Positions 23,501 through 38,500 of a DNA stretch of 64,000 nt are shown here, in pieces (position 1 is the first letter of the stretch; every line of letters starts with the position of its first letter). The position numbers and the translations under genes were made by a program. The DNA comes from Euprymna scolopes (Eukaryota). The stretch is taken from assembly GCA_053919585.1 (NCBI GenBank), contig CM132828.1. One strand, 5' to 3'. Under the pieces are notes generated by a model. The model had not been told where the DNA came from and searched no databases. It saw only the letters and a list, made by a program, of their open reading frames with translations.

Positions 23501-26500
23501 ATTTATGCAAAATTAATATATATTTCGTTAATGTGTCACTGTAGTTAGATGAGCATCTTAAATGTTTGTCTGGTGTTTACTTGCGTTTACAACAGGTTTG
23601 AATTATTTATGCAAAATTAATACATATTTCGTTAATGTGTCACTGTAGTTAGATAACCATCTTAAATGTTTGTCTGGTGTTTACTTGCGTTTACAACAGG
23701 TTTGAATTATTTATGCAAAATTAATATATATTTCGTTAATGTGTCACTGTAGTTAGATGAGCATCTTAAATGTTTGTCTCGTGTTTACTTGCGTTTACAA
23801 CAGGTTTGAATTATTTATGCAAAATTAATAGATATTTCGTTAATGTGTCACTGTAGTTAGATGAGCATCTTAAATGTTTGTCTGGTGTTTACTTGCGTTT
23901 ACAACAGGTTTGAATTATTTATGCAAAATTAATATATATTTCGTTAATGTGTAACTGTAGTTAGATGAGCAACTTAAATGTTTGTCTGGTGTTTACTTGC
24001 GTTTACAACAGGTTTGAATTATTTATGCAAAATTAATATATATTTCGTTAATGTGTCACTGTAGTTAGATGAGCATCTTAAATGTTTGTCTGGTGTTTAC
24101 TTGCGTTTACAACAGGTTTGAATTATTTATGCAAAATTAATATATATTTCGTTAATGTGTCACTGTAGTTAGATGAGCATCTTAAATGTTTGTCTGGTGT
24201 TTACTTGCGTTTACAACAGGTTTGAATTATTTATGCAAAATTAATATATATTTCGTTAATGTGCCACTGTAGTTAGATGAGCAACTTAAATGTTTGTCTG
24301 GTGTTTACTTTCGTTTACAACAGGTTTGAATTATTTATGCAAAATTAATATATATTTCGTTAATGTGTCACTGTAGTTAGATGAGCATCTTAAATGTTTG
24401 TCTGGTGTTTACTTGCGTTTACAACAGGTTTGAATTATTTATGCAAAATTAATATATATTTCGTTAATGTGTCACTGTAGTTAGACGACCATCTTAAATG
24501 TTTGTCTGGTGTTTACTTGCGTTTACAACAGGTTTGAATTATTTATGCAACATTAATATATATTTCGTTAATGTGTCACTGTAGTTAGATAACCATCTTA
24601 AATGTTTGTCTGGTGTTTACTTGCGTTTACAACAGGTTTGAATTATTTATGCAAAATTAATATATATTTCGTTAATGTGTCACTGTAGTTAGATGAGCAT
24701 CTTAAATGTTTGTCTGGTGTTTACTTGCGTTTACAACAGGTTTGAATTATTTATGCAAAATTAATATATATTTCGTTAATGTGTCACTGTAGTTAGATGA
24801 GCATCTTGAATGTTTGTCTGGTGTTTACTTGCGTTTACAACAGGTTTGAATTATTTATGCAAAATTAATATATATTTCGTTAATGTGTCACTGTAGTTAG
24901 ATGAGCATCTTAAATGTTTGTCTGGTGTTTACTTGCGTTTACAACAGGTTTGAATTATTTATGCAAAATTAATATATTTCGTTAATGTGTCACTGTAGTT
25001 AGATGAGCATCTTAAATGTTTGTCTGGTGTTTACTTGCGTTTACAACAGGTTTGAATTATTTATGCAAAATTAATATATATTTCGTTAATGTGTCACTGT
25101 AGTTAGATGAGCATCTTAAATGTTTGTCTGGTGTTTACTTGCGTTTACAACAGGTTTGAATTATTTATGCAAAATTAATATATATTTCGTTAAGGTGTCA
25201 CTGTAGTTAGATGAGCATCTTAAATGTTTGTCTGGTGTTTACTTGCGTTTACAACAGGTTTGAATTATTTATGCAAAATTAATATATATTTCGTTAATGT
25301 GTCACTGTAGTTAGATGAGCATCTTAAATGTTTGTCTTGTGTTTACTTGCGTTTACAACAGGTTTGAATTATTTATGCAAAATTATTATATATTTCGTTA
25401 ATGTGTCACTGTAGTTAGATGAGCATCTTAAATGTTTGTCTGGTGTTTACTTGCGTTTACAACAGGTTTGAATTATTTATGCAACATTAATATATATTTC
25501 GTTAATGTGTCAATGTAGTTAGATGAGCATCTTAAATGTTTGTCTGGTGTTTACTTGCGTTTACAACAGGTTTGAATTATTTATGCAACATTAATATATA
25601 TTTCGTTAATGTGTCACTGTAGTTAGATAACCATCTTAAATGTTTGTCTGGTGTTTACTTGCGTTTACAACAGGTTTGAATTATTTATGCAAAATTAATA
25701 CATATTTCGTTAATGTGTCACTGTAGTTAGATAACCATCTTAAATATTTGTCTGGTGTTTACTTGCGTTTACAACAGGTTTGAATTATTTATGCAAAATT
25801 AATATATATTTCGTTAATGTGTCACTGTAGTTAATGAGCATCCTGAATGTTTGTCTGGTGTTTACTTGCGTTTACGACAGGTTTGAATTATTTATGCAAA
25901 ATTAATATATATTTCGTTAATGTGTCACTGTAGTTAGATAACCATCTTAAATGTTTGTCTGGTGTTTACTTGCGTTTACAACAGGTTTGAATTATTTATG
26001 CAAAATTAATATATATTTCGTTAATGTGTCACTGTAGTTAGATGAGCATCTTAAATGTTTGTATGGTGTTTACTTGCGTTTACAACAGGTTTGAATTATT
26101 TATGCAAAATTAATATATATTTCGTTAATGTGTCACTGTAGTTAGATAACCATCTTAAATGTTTGTCTGGTGTTTACTTGCGTTTACAACAGGTACAATT
26201 ATGTATGCAAAATTAATATATATTTCGTTAATGTGTCACTGTAGTTAGATGAGCATCTTAAATGTTTGTCTGGTGTTTACTTGCGTTTACAACAGGTTTG
26301 AATTATTTATGCAAAATTAATATATATTTCGTTAATGTGTCACTGTAGTTAGATAAACATCTTAAATGTTTGTCTGGTGTTTACTTGCGTTTGCAACAGG
26401 TTTGAATTATTTATGCAAAATTAATATATATTTCGTTAATGTGTCACAGTAGTAAGACGACTATCTTAAATGTTTGTCTGGTGTTTACTTGCGTTCACAA

Positions 26501-29500
26501 CAGGTTTGAATTATTTATGCAAAATTAATATATATTTCGTTAATGTGTCACTGTAGTTAGATGAGCATCTTAAATGTTTGTCTGGTGTTTACTTGCGTTT
26601 ACAACAGGTTTGAATTATTAATGCAAAATTAATATATATTTCGTTAATGTGTCACTGTAGTTAGATGAGCATCTTAAATGTTTGTCTGGTGTTTACTTGC
26701 GTTTACAACAGGTTTGAATTATTTATGCAAAATTAATATATATTTCGTTAATGTGCCACTGTAGTTAGATGAGCAACTTAAATGTTTGTCTGGTGTTTAC
26801 TTGCGTTTACAACAGGTTTGAATTATTTATGCAAAATTAATATATATTTCGTTAATGTGTCACTGTAGTTAGATGAGCATCTTAAATGTTTGTCTGGTGT
26901 TTACTTGCGTTTACAACAGGTTTGAATTATTTATGCAAAATTAATATATATTTCGTTAATGTGTCACTGTAGTTAGATGAGCATCTTAAATGTTTGTCTG
27001 GTGTTTACTTGCGTTTACAACAGGTTTGAATTATTTATGCAAAATTAATATATATTTCGTTAATGTGTCACTATAGTTAGATGAGCAACTTAAATGTTTG
27101 TCTGGTGTTTACTTGCGTTTACAACAGGTTTAAATTATTTATGCAAAATTAATATATATTTCGTTAAGGTGTCACTGTAGTTAGATGAGTATCTTAAATG
27201 TTTGTCTGGTGTTTACTTGCATTTACAACAGGTTTGAATTATTTATGCAAAATTAATATATATTTCGTTAATGTGTCACTGTAGTTAGATAACCATCTTA
27301 AATATTTGTCTGGTGTTTACTTGCGTTTACAACAGGTTTGAATTATTTATGCAAAATTAATATATATTTCGTTAATGTGTCACTGTAGTTAATAAGCATC
27401 CTGAATGTTTGTCTGGTGTTTACTTGCGTTTACAACAGGTTTGAATTATTTATGCAAAATTAATATATATTTCGTTAATGTGTCACTGTAGTTAGATGAG
27501 CATCTTAAATGTTTGTCTGGTGTTTACTTGCGTTTACAACAGGTTTGAATTATTTATGCAAAATTAATATATATTTCGTTAATGTGTCACTGTAGTTAGA
27601 TGAGCATCTTAAATGTTTGTCTGGTGTTTACTTGCGTTTACAACAGGTTTGAATTATTTATGCAAAATTGATATATATTTCGTTAATGTGTCACTGTAGT
27701 TAGATGAGCATCTTAAATGTTTGTCTGGTGTTTACTTGCGTTTACAACAGGTTTGAATTATTTATGCAAAATTAATATATATTTCGTTAATGTGTCACTG
27801 TAGTTAGATGACCATCTTAAATGTTTGTCTGGTGTTTACTTGCGTTTACAACAGGTTTGAATTATTTATGCAAAATTAATATATATTTCGTTAATGTGTC
27901 ACTGTAGTTAGATGAGCATCTTAAATGTTTGTCTGGTGTTTACTTGCGTTCACAACAGGTTTGAATTATTTATGCAAAATTAATATATATTTCGTTAATG
28001 TGTCACTGTAGTTAGATGACCATCTTAAATGTTTGTCTGGTGTTTACTTGCGTTTACAACAGGTTTGAATTATTTATGCAACATTAATATATATTTCGTT
28101 AATGTGTCACTGTAGTTAGATAACCATCTTAAATGTTTGTCTGGTGTTTACTTGCGTTTACAACAGGTTTGAATTATTTATGCAAAATTAATATATATTT
28201 CGTTAATGTGTCACTGTAGTTAGATGACCATCTTAAATGTTTGTCTGGTGTTTACTTGCGTTTACAACAGGTTTGAATTATTTATGCAAAATTAATATAT
28301 ATTTCGTTAATGTGTCACTGTAGTTAATGAGCATCTTAAATGTTTGTCTGGTGTTTACTTGCGTTTACAACAGGTTTGAATTATTTATGCAAAATTAATA
28401 TATATTTCGTTAATGTGTCACTGTAGTTAGATGAGCAACTTAAATGTTTGTCTGGTGTTTACTTGCGTTTACAACAGGTTTGAATTATTTATGCAAAATT
28501 AATATATATTTCGTTAATGTGTCACTGTAGTTAGATGAGTATCTTAAATATGTGTCTGGTGTTTACTTGCGTTTACAACAGGTTTGAATTATTTATGCAA
28601 AATTAATATATATTTCGTTAATGTGTCACTGTAGTTAGATGAGTATCTTAAATGTTTGTCTGGTGTATACTTGCGTTTACAATAGGTTTGAATTATTTAT
28701 GCAAAATTGATATATATTTCGTTAATGTGTCACTGTAGTTAATGAGCATCCTGAATGTTTGTCTGGTGTTTACTTGCGTTTACAACAGGTTTGAATTATT
28801 TATGCAAAATTAATATATATTTCGTTAATGTGTCACTGTAGTTAGACGACCATCTTTAATGTTTGTCTGGTGTTTACTTGCGTTTACAACAGGTTTGAAT
28901 TATTTATGCAAAATTAATATATATTTCGTTAATGTGTCACTGTAGTTAGATGAGCATCTTAAATGTTTGTCTGGTGTTTACTTGCGTTTACAACAGGTTT
29001 GAATTATTTATGCAAAATTAATACATATTTCGTTAATGTGTCACTGTAGTTAGATAACCATCTTAAATGTTTGTCTGGTGTTTACTTGCGTTTACAACAG
29101 GTTTGAATTATTTATGCAAAATTAATATATATTTCGTTAATGTGTCACTGTAGTTAGATGAGCATCTTAAATGTTTGTCTGGTGTTTACTTGCGTTTACA
29201 ACAGGTTTGAATTATTAATGCAAAATTAATATATATTTCGTTAATGTGTCACTGTAGTTAGATGAGCATCTTAAATGTTTGTCTGGTGTTTACTTGCGTT
29301 TACAACAGGTTTGAATTATTTATGCAAAATTAATATATATTTCGTTAATGTGTCACTGTAGTTAGATGACCATCTTAAATGTTTGTCTGGTGTTTACTTG
29401 CGTTTACAACAGGTTTGAATTATTTATGCAAAATTAATATATATTTCGTTAATGTGTCACTGTAGTTAGATGAGCATCTTAAATGTTTGTCTTGTGTTTA

Positions 29501-32500
29501 CTTGCGTTTACAACAGGTTTGAATTATTTATGCAAAATTAATATATATTTCGTTAATGTGTCACTGTAGTTAGATGACCATCTTAAATGTTTGTCTGGTG
29601 TTTACTTGCGTTTACAACAGGTTTGAATTATTTATGCAAAATTAATATATATTTCGTTAATGTGTCATTGTAGTTAGATGAGCATCTTAAATGTTTGTCT
29701 GGTGTTTACTTGCGTTTACAACAGGTTTGAATTATTTATGCAAAATTAATATATATTTCGTTAATGTGTCACTGTAGTTAGATGACAATCTTAAATGTTT
29801 GTCTGGTGTTTACTTGCGTTTACAACAGGTTTGAATTATTTATGCAAAATTAATATATATTTCGTTAATGTGTCACTGTAGTTAGATGAGCATCTTAAAT
29901 GTTTGTCTGGTGTTTACTTGCGTTTACAACAGGTTTGAATTATTTATGCTAAAATTAATATATATTTCGTTAATGTGTCATTGTAGTTAGATGAGCATCT
30001 TAAATGTTTGTCTGGTGTTTACTTGCGTTTACAACAGGTTTGAATTACTTATGTAAAATTAATATATATTTCGTTAATGTGTCACTGTAGTTAGATGAGC
30101 ATCTTAAATGTTTGTCTGGTGTTTACTTGCGTTTACAACAGGTTTGAATTATTTATGCAAAATTAATATATATTTCGTTAATGTGTCACTGTAGTTAGAT
30201 GAGCATCTTAAATGTTTGTCTGGTGTTTACTTGCGTTTACAACAGGTTTGAATTATTTATGCAAAATTAATATATATTTCGTTAATGTGTCACTGTAGTT
30301 AGATGAGCATCTTAAATGTTTGTCTGGTGTTTACTTGCGTTTACAACAGGTTTGAATTATTTATGCAAAATTAATATATATTTCGTTAATGTGTCACTGT
30401 AGTTAGATGACCATCTTAAATGTTTGTCTGGTGTTTACTTGGGTTTACAACAGGTTTGAATTATTTATGCAAAATTAATATATATTTCGTTAATGTGTCA
30501 CTGTAGTTAGATGAGCATCTTAAATGTTTGTCTGGTGTTAACTTGCGTTTACAACAGGTTTGAATTATTTATGCAAAATTAATATATTTCGTTAATGTGT
30601 CACTGTAGTTAGATGAGCATCCTAAATGTTTGTCTGGTGTTTACTTGCGTTTACAACAGGTTTGAATTATTTATGCAAAATTAATATATATATGTCGTTA
30701 ATGTGTCACTGTAGTTAGATGAGCATCTTAAATGTTTGTCTGGTGTTTACTTGCGTTTACAACAGGTTTGAATTATTTATGCAAAATTAATATATATTTC
30801 TTTAATGTGTCACTGTAGTTAGATGAGCATCTTAAATGTTTGTCTGGTGTTTACTTGCGTTTACAACAAGTTTGAATTATTTATGCAAAATTAATATATA
30901 TTTCGTTAATGTGTCACTGTAGTTAGATGAGCAACTTAAATGTTTGTCTGGTGTTTACTTGCGTTTACAACAGGTTTGAATTATTTATGCAAAATTAATA
31001 TATATTTCGTTAATGTGTCACTGTAGTTAGATGAGCATCTTAAATGTTTGTCTGGTGTTTACTTGCGTTTACAACAGGTTTGAATTATTTATGCAAAATT
31101 AATATATATTTCGTTTATGTGTCACTGTAGTTAGATGAGCATCTTAAATGTTTGTCTGGTGTTTACTTGCGTTTACAACAGGTTTGAATTATTTATGCAA
31201 AATTAATATATATTTCGTTAATGTGTCACTGTAGTAAGATGAGCATCTTAAATGTTTGTCTGGTGTTTACTTGCGTTTACAACAGGTTTGAATTATTTAT
31301 GCAAAATTAATATATATTTCGTTAATGTGTCACTGTAGTAAGATGAGCATCTTAAATGTTTGTCTGGTGTTTACTTGCGTTTACAACAGGTTTGAATTAT
31401 TTATGCAAAATTAATATATATTTCGTTAATGTGTCACTGTAGTTAGATGACCATCTTAAATGTTTGTCTGGTGTTTACTTGCGTTTACAACAGGTTTGAA
31501 TTATTAATGCAAAATTAATATATATTTCGTTAATGTGTCACTGTAGTTAGATAACCATCTTAAATGTTTGTCTGGTGTTTACTTGCGTTTACAACAGGTT
31601 TGAATTATTTATGCAAAATTAATATATATTTCGTTAATGTGTCACTGTAGTTAGATGAGCATCTTAAATGTTTGTCTGGTGTTTACTTGCGTTTACAACA
31701 GGTTTGAATTATTTATGCAAAATTAATATATATTTCGTTAATGTGTCATTGTAGTTAGATGAGCATCTTAAATGTTTGTCTGGTGTTTACTTGCGTTTAC
31801 AACAGGTTTGAATTATTTATGCAAAATTAATATATATTTCGTTAATGTGTCACTGTAGTTAGATAACCATCTTAAATGTTTGTCTGGTGTTTACTTGCGT
31901 TCACAACAGGTTTGAATTATTTATGCAAAATTAATATATATTTCGTTAATGTGTCACTGTAGTTAGATGAGCATCTTAAATGTTTGTCTGGTGTTTACTT
32001 GCGTTTACAACAGGTTTGAATTATTAATGCAAAATTAATATATATTTCGTTAATGTGTCACTGTAGTTAGATGAGCATGTTAAATGTTTGTCTGGTGTTT
32101 ACTTGCATTTACAACAGGTTTGAATTATTTATGCAAAATTAATATATATTTCGTTAATGTGTCACTGTAGTTAGATGAGCATCTTAAATGTTTGTCTGGT
32201 GTTTACTTGCGTTTACAACAGGTTTGAATTATTTATGCAAAATTAATATATATTTCGTTAATGTGTCACTGTAGTTAGATGAGCATCTAAAATGTTTGTC
32301 TGGTGTTTACTTGCGTTTACAACAGGTTTGAATTATTTATGCAAAATTAATATATATTTCGTTAATGTGTCACTGTAGTTAGATGAGCATCTTAAATGTT
32401 TGTCTGGTATTTACTTGGGTTTACAACAGGTTTGAATTATTTATGCAAAATCAATATATATTTCGTTAATGTGTCACTGTAGTTAGATGACAATCTTAAA

Positions 32501-35500
32501 TGTTTGTCTGGTGTTTACTTGCGTTTACAACAGGTTTGAATTATTTATGCAAAATTAATATATATTTCGTTAATGTGTCACTGTAGTTAGATGAGCATCT
32601 TAAATGTTTGTCTGGTGTTTACTTGCGTTTACAACAGGTTGGAATTATTTATGCAAAATTAATATATATTTCGTTAATGTGTCATTGTAGTTAGATGAGC
32701 ATCTTTAATGTTTGTCTGGTGTTTTCTTGCGTTTACAACAGGTTTGAATTATTTATGCAAAATTAATATATATTTCGTTAATGTGTCACTGTAGTTAGAT
32801 GAGCATCTTAAATGTTTGTCTGGTGTTTACTTGCGTTTACAACAGGTTTGAATTATTTATGCAAAATTAATATATATTTCGTTAATGTGTCACTGTAGTT
32901 AGATGAGCATCTAAAATGTTTGTCTGGTGTTTACTTGCGTTTACAACAGGTTTGAATTATTTATGCAAAATTAATATATATTTCGTTAATGTGTCACTGT
33001 AGTTAGATGAGCATCTTAAATGTTTGTCTGGTATTTACTTGGGTTTACAACAGGTTTGAATTATTTATGCAAAATCAATATATATTTCGTTAATGTGTCA
33101 CTGTAGTTAGATGAGCATCTTAAATGTTTGTCTGGTGTTTACTTGCGTTTACAACAGGTTTGAATTATTTATGCAAAATTAATATATATTTCGTTAATGT
33201 GTCACTGTAGTTAGATGAGCATCTTAAATGTTTGTCTGGTGTTTACTTGCGTTTACAACAGGTTGGAATTATTTATGCAAAATTAATATATATTTCGTTA
33301 ATGTGTCATTGTAGTTAGATGAGCATCTTTAATGTTTGTCTGGTGTTTTCTTGCGTTTACAACAGGTTTGAATTATTTATGCAAAATTAATATATATTTC
33401 GTTAATGTGTCACTGTAGTTAGATGAGCATCTTAAATGTTTGTCTGGTGTTTACTTGCGTTTACAACAGGTTTGAATTATTTATGCAAAATTAATATATA
33501 TTTCGTTAATGTGTCATTGTAGTTAGATGAGCATCTTAAATGTTTGTCTGGTGTTTACTTGCGTTTACAACAGGTTTGAATTATTTATGCAAAATTAATA
33601 TATATTTCGTTAATGTGTCACTGTAGTTAGATGACAATCTTAAATGTTTGTCTGGTGTTTACTTGCGTTTACAACAGGTTTGAATTATTTATGCAAAATT
33701 AATATATATTTCGTTAATGTGTCACTGTAGTTAGATGAGCATCTTAAATGTTTGTCTGGTGTTTACTTGCGTTTACAACAGGTTTGAATTATTTATGCTA
33801 AAATTAATATATATTTCGTTAATGTGTCATTGTAGTTAGATGAGCATCTTAAATGTTTGTCTGGTGTTTACTTGCGTTTACAACAGGTTTGAATTACTTA
33901 TGTAAAATTAATATATATTTCGTTAATGTGTCACTGTAGTTAGATGAGCATCTTAAATGTTTGTCTGGTGTTTACTTGCGTTTACAACAGGTTTGAATTA
34001 TTTATGCAAAATTAATATATATTTCGTTAATGTGTCACTGTAGTTAGATGAGCATCTTAAATGTTTGTCTGGTGTTTACTTGCGTTTACAACAGGTTTGA
34101 ATTATTTATGCAAAATTAATATATATTTCGTTAATGTGTCACTGTAGTTAGATGAGCATCTTAAATGTTTGTCTGGTGTTTACTTGCGTTTACAACAGGT
34201 TTGAATTATTTATGCAAAATTAATATATATTTCGTTAATGTGTCATTGTAGTTAGATGAGCATCTTAAATGTTTGTCTGGTGTTTACTTGCGTTTACAAC
34301 AGGTTTGAATTATTTATGCAAAATTAATATATATTTCGTTAATGTGTCACTGTAGTTAGATGACAATCTTAAATGTTTGTCTGGTGTTTACTTGCGTTTA
34401 CAACAGGTTTTAATTATTTATGCAAAATTAATATATATTTCGTTAATGTGTCATTGTAGTTAGATGAGCATCTTAAATGTTTGTCTGGTGTTTACTTGCG
34501 TTTACAACAGGTTTGAATTATTTATGCAAAATTAATATATATTTCGTTAATGTGTCACTGTAGTTAGATGAGCATCTTAAATGTTTGTATGGTGTTTACT
34601 TGCGTTTACAACAGGTTTGAATTATTTATGTAAAATTAATATATATTTCGTTAATGTGTCACTGTAGTTAGATGAGCATCTTAAATGTTTGTCTGGTGTT
34701 TACTTGCGTTTACAACAGGTTTGAATTATTTATGCAAAATTAATATATATTTCGTTAATGTGTCACTGTAGTTAGATGAGCATCTTAAATGTTTGTCTTG
34801 TGTTTACTTGCGTTTACAACAGGTTTGAATTATTTATGTAAAATTAATATATATTTCGTTAATGTGTCACTGTAGTTAGATGAGCATCTTAAATGTTTGT
34901 CTGGTTTTTACTTGCGTTTACAACAGGTTTGAATTATTTATGCAAAATTAATATATATTTCGTTAATGTGTCACTGTAGTTAGATGACCATCTTAAATGT
35001 TTGTCTGGTGTTTACTTGCGTTTACAACAGGTTAGAATTATTTATGCAAAATTAATATATATTTCGTTAATGTGTCATTGTAGTTAGATGAGCATCTTAA
35101 ATGTTTGTCTGGTGTTTACTTGCGTTTACAACAGGTTTGAATTATTTATGCAAAATTAATATATATTTCGTTAATGTGTCACTGTAGTTAGATGAGCATC
35201 TTAAATGTTTGTCTGGTGTTTACTTGCGTTTACAACAGGTTTGAATTATTTATGCAAAATTAATATATATTTCCTTAATGTGTCACTGTAGTTAGATGAG
35301 CATCTTAAATGTTTGTATGGTGTTTACTTGCGTTTACAACAGGTTTGAATTATTTATGCAAAATTAATATATATTTCGTTAATGTGTCACTGTAGTTAGA
35401 TAAGCATCTTAAATGTTTGTCTGGTGTTTACTTGCGTTTACAACAGGTTTGAATTATTTATGCAAAATTAATATATATTTCGTTAATGTGTCACTGTAGT

Positions 35501-38500
35501 TAGATGAGCATCTTAAATGTTTGTCTGGTGTTTACTTGCGTTTACAACAGGTTTGAATTATTTATGCAAAATTAATATATATTTCGTTAATGTGTCACTG
35601 TAGTTAGATGACCATCTTAAATGTTTGTCTGGTGTTTACTTGCGTTTACAACAGGTTTGAATTATTTATGCAAAATTAATATATATTTCGTTAATGTGTC
35701 ACTGTAGTTAGATGAGCATCTTAAATGTTTGTCTGGTGTTTACTTGCGTTTACAACAGGTTTGAATTATTTATGCAAAATTAATATATATTTCGTTAATG
35801 TGTCACTGTAGTTAGATGAGCATCTTAAATGTTTGTCTGGTGTTTACTTGCGTTTACAACAGGTTTGAATTATTTATGCAAAATTAATATATATTTCGTT
35901 AATGTGTCACTGTAGTTAGATGAGCATCTTAAATGTTTGTCTGGTGTTTACTTGCGTTTACAACAGGTTTGAATTATTTATGCAAAATTAATATATATTT
36001 CGTTAATGTGTCACTGTAGTTAGATGAGCATGTTAAATGTTTGTCTGGTGTTTACTTGCGTTTACAACAGGTTTGAATTATTTATGCAAAATTAATATAT
36101 ATTTCGTTAATGTGTCACTGTAGTTAGATGACAATCTTAAATGTTTGTCTGGTGTTTACTTGCGTTTACAACAGGTTTGAATTATTTATGCAAAATTAAT
36201 ATATATTTCGTTAATGTGTCACTGTAGTTAGATGAGCATCTTAAATGTTTGTCTGGTGTTTACTTGCGTTTACAACAGGTTTGAATTATTTATGCAAAAT
36301 TAATATATATTTCGTTAATGTGTCACTGTAGTTAGATGAGCATCTTAAATGTTTGTCTGGTGTTTACTTGCGTTTACAACAGGTTTTAATTATTTATGCA
36401 AAATTAATATATATTTCGTTAATGTGTCATTGTAGTTAGATGAGCATCTTAAATGTTTGTCTGGTGTTTACTTGCGTTTACAACAGGTTTGAATTATTTA
36501 TGCAAAATTAATATATATTTCGTTAATGTGTCACTGTAGTTAGATGACCATCTTAAATGTTTGTATGGTGTTTACTTGCGTTTACAACAGGTTTGAATTA
36601 TTTATGCAAAATTAATATATATTTCGTTAATGTGTCACTGTAGTTAGATAACCATCTTAAATGTTTGTCTGGTGTTTACTTGCGTTTACAACAGGTTTGA
36701 ATTATTTATGCAAAATTAATATATATTTCCTTAATGTGTCACTGTAGTTAGATGAGCATCTTAAATGTTTGTATGGTGTTTACTTGCGTTTACAACAGGT
36801 TTAAATTATTTATGCAAAATTAATATATATTTCGTTAATGTGTCACTGTAGTTAGATAAGCATCTTAAATGTTTGTCTGGTGTTTACTTGCGTTTACAAC
36901 AGGTTTGAATTATTTATGCAAAATTAATATATATTTCGTTAATGTGTCACTGTAGTTAGATGACCATCTTAAATGTTTGTATGGTGTTTACTTGCGTTTA
37001 CAACAGGTTTGAATTATTTATGCAAAATTAATATATATTTCGTTAATGTGTCACTGTAGTTAGATGACCATCTTAAATGTTTGTCTGGTGTTTACTTGCG
37101 TTTACAACAGGTTTGAATTATTTATGCAAAATTAATATATATTTTGTTAATGTGTCACAGTAGTTAGATGACAATCTTAAATGTTTCTCTGGTGTTTACT
37201 TGCGTTTACAACAGGTTTGAATTATTTATGCAAAATAATTATATATTTCGTTAATGTGTCACTGTAGTTAGATGAGCATCTTAAATGTTTGTATGGTGTT
37301 AACTTGCGTTTACAACAGGTTTGAATTATTTATGTAAAATTAATATATATTTCGTTAATGTGTCACTGTAGTTAGATGAGCATCTTAAATGTTTGTCTGG
37401 TGTTTACTTGCGTTTACAACAGGTTTGAATTATTTATGCAAAATTAATATATATTTCGTTAATGTGTCACTGTAGTTAGATGACCATCTTAAATGTTTGT
37501 CTGGTGTTTACTTGCGTTTACAACAGGTTTGAATTATTTATGCAAAATTAATATATATTTCGTTAATGTGTCATTGTAGTTAGATGAGCATCTTAAATGT
37601 TTGTCTGGTGTTTACTTGCGTTTACAACAGGTTTGAATTATTTATGCAAAATTAATATATATTTCGTTAATGTGTCACTGTAGTTAGATGACCATCTTAA
37701 ATGTTTGTATGGTGTTTACTTGCGTTTACAACAGGTTTGAATTATTTATGCAAAATTAATATATATTTTGTTAATGTGTCACAGTAGTTAGATGACAATC
37801 TTAAATGTTTCTCTGGTGTTTACTTGCGTTTACAACAGGTTTGAATTATTTATGCAAAATTAATATATATTTCGTTAATGTGTCACTGTAGTTAGATGAG
37901 CATCTTAAATGTTTGTATGGTGTTTACTTGCGTTTACAACAGGTTTGAATTATTTATGCAAAATTAATATATATTTCGTTAATGTGTCACTGTAGTTAGA
38001 TGACCATCTTAAATGTTTGTCTGGTGTTTACTTGCGTTTACAACAGGTTTGAATTATTTATGCAAAATTAATATATATTTCGTTAATGTGTCATTGTAGT
38101 TAGATGAGCATCTTAAATGTTTGTCTGGTGTTTACTTGCGTTTACAACAGGTTTGAATTATTTATGCAAAATTAATATATATTTCGTTAATGTGTCACTG
38201 TAGTTAGATGACCATCTTAAATGTTTGTATGGTGTTTACTTGCGTTTACAACAGGTTTGAATTATTTATGCAAAATTAATATATATTTTGTTAATGTGTC
38301 ACAGTAGTTAGATGACAATCTTAAATGTTTCTCTGGTGTTTACTTGCGTTTACAACAGGTTTGAATTATTTATGCAAAATTAATATATATTTCGTTAATG
38401 TGTCACTGTAGTTAGATGAGCATCTTAAATGTTTGTATGGTGTTAACTTGCGTTTACAACAGGTTTGAATTATTTATGTAAAATTAATATATATTTCGTT

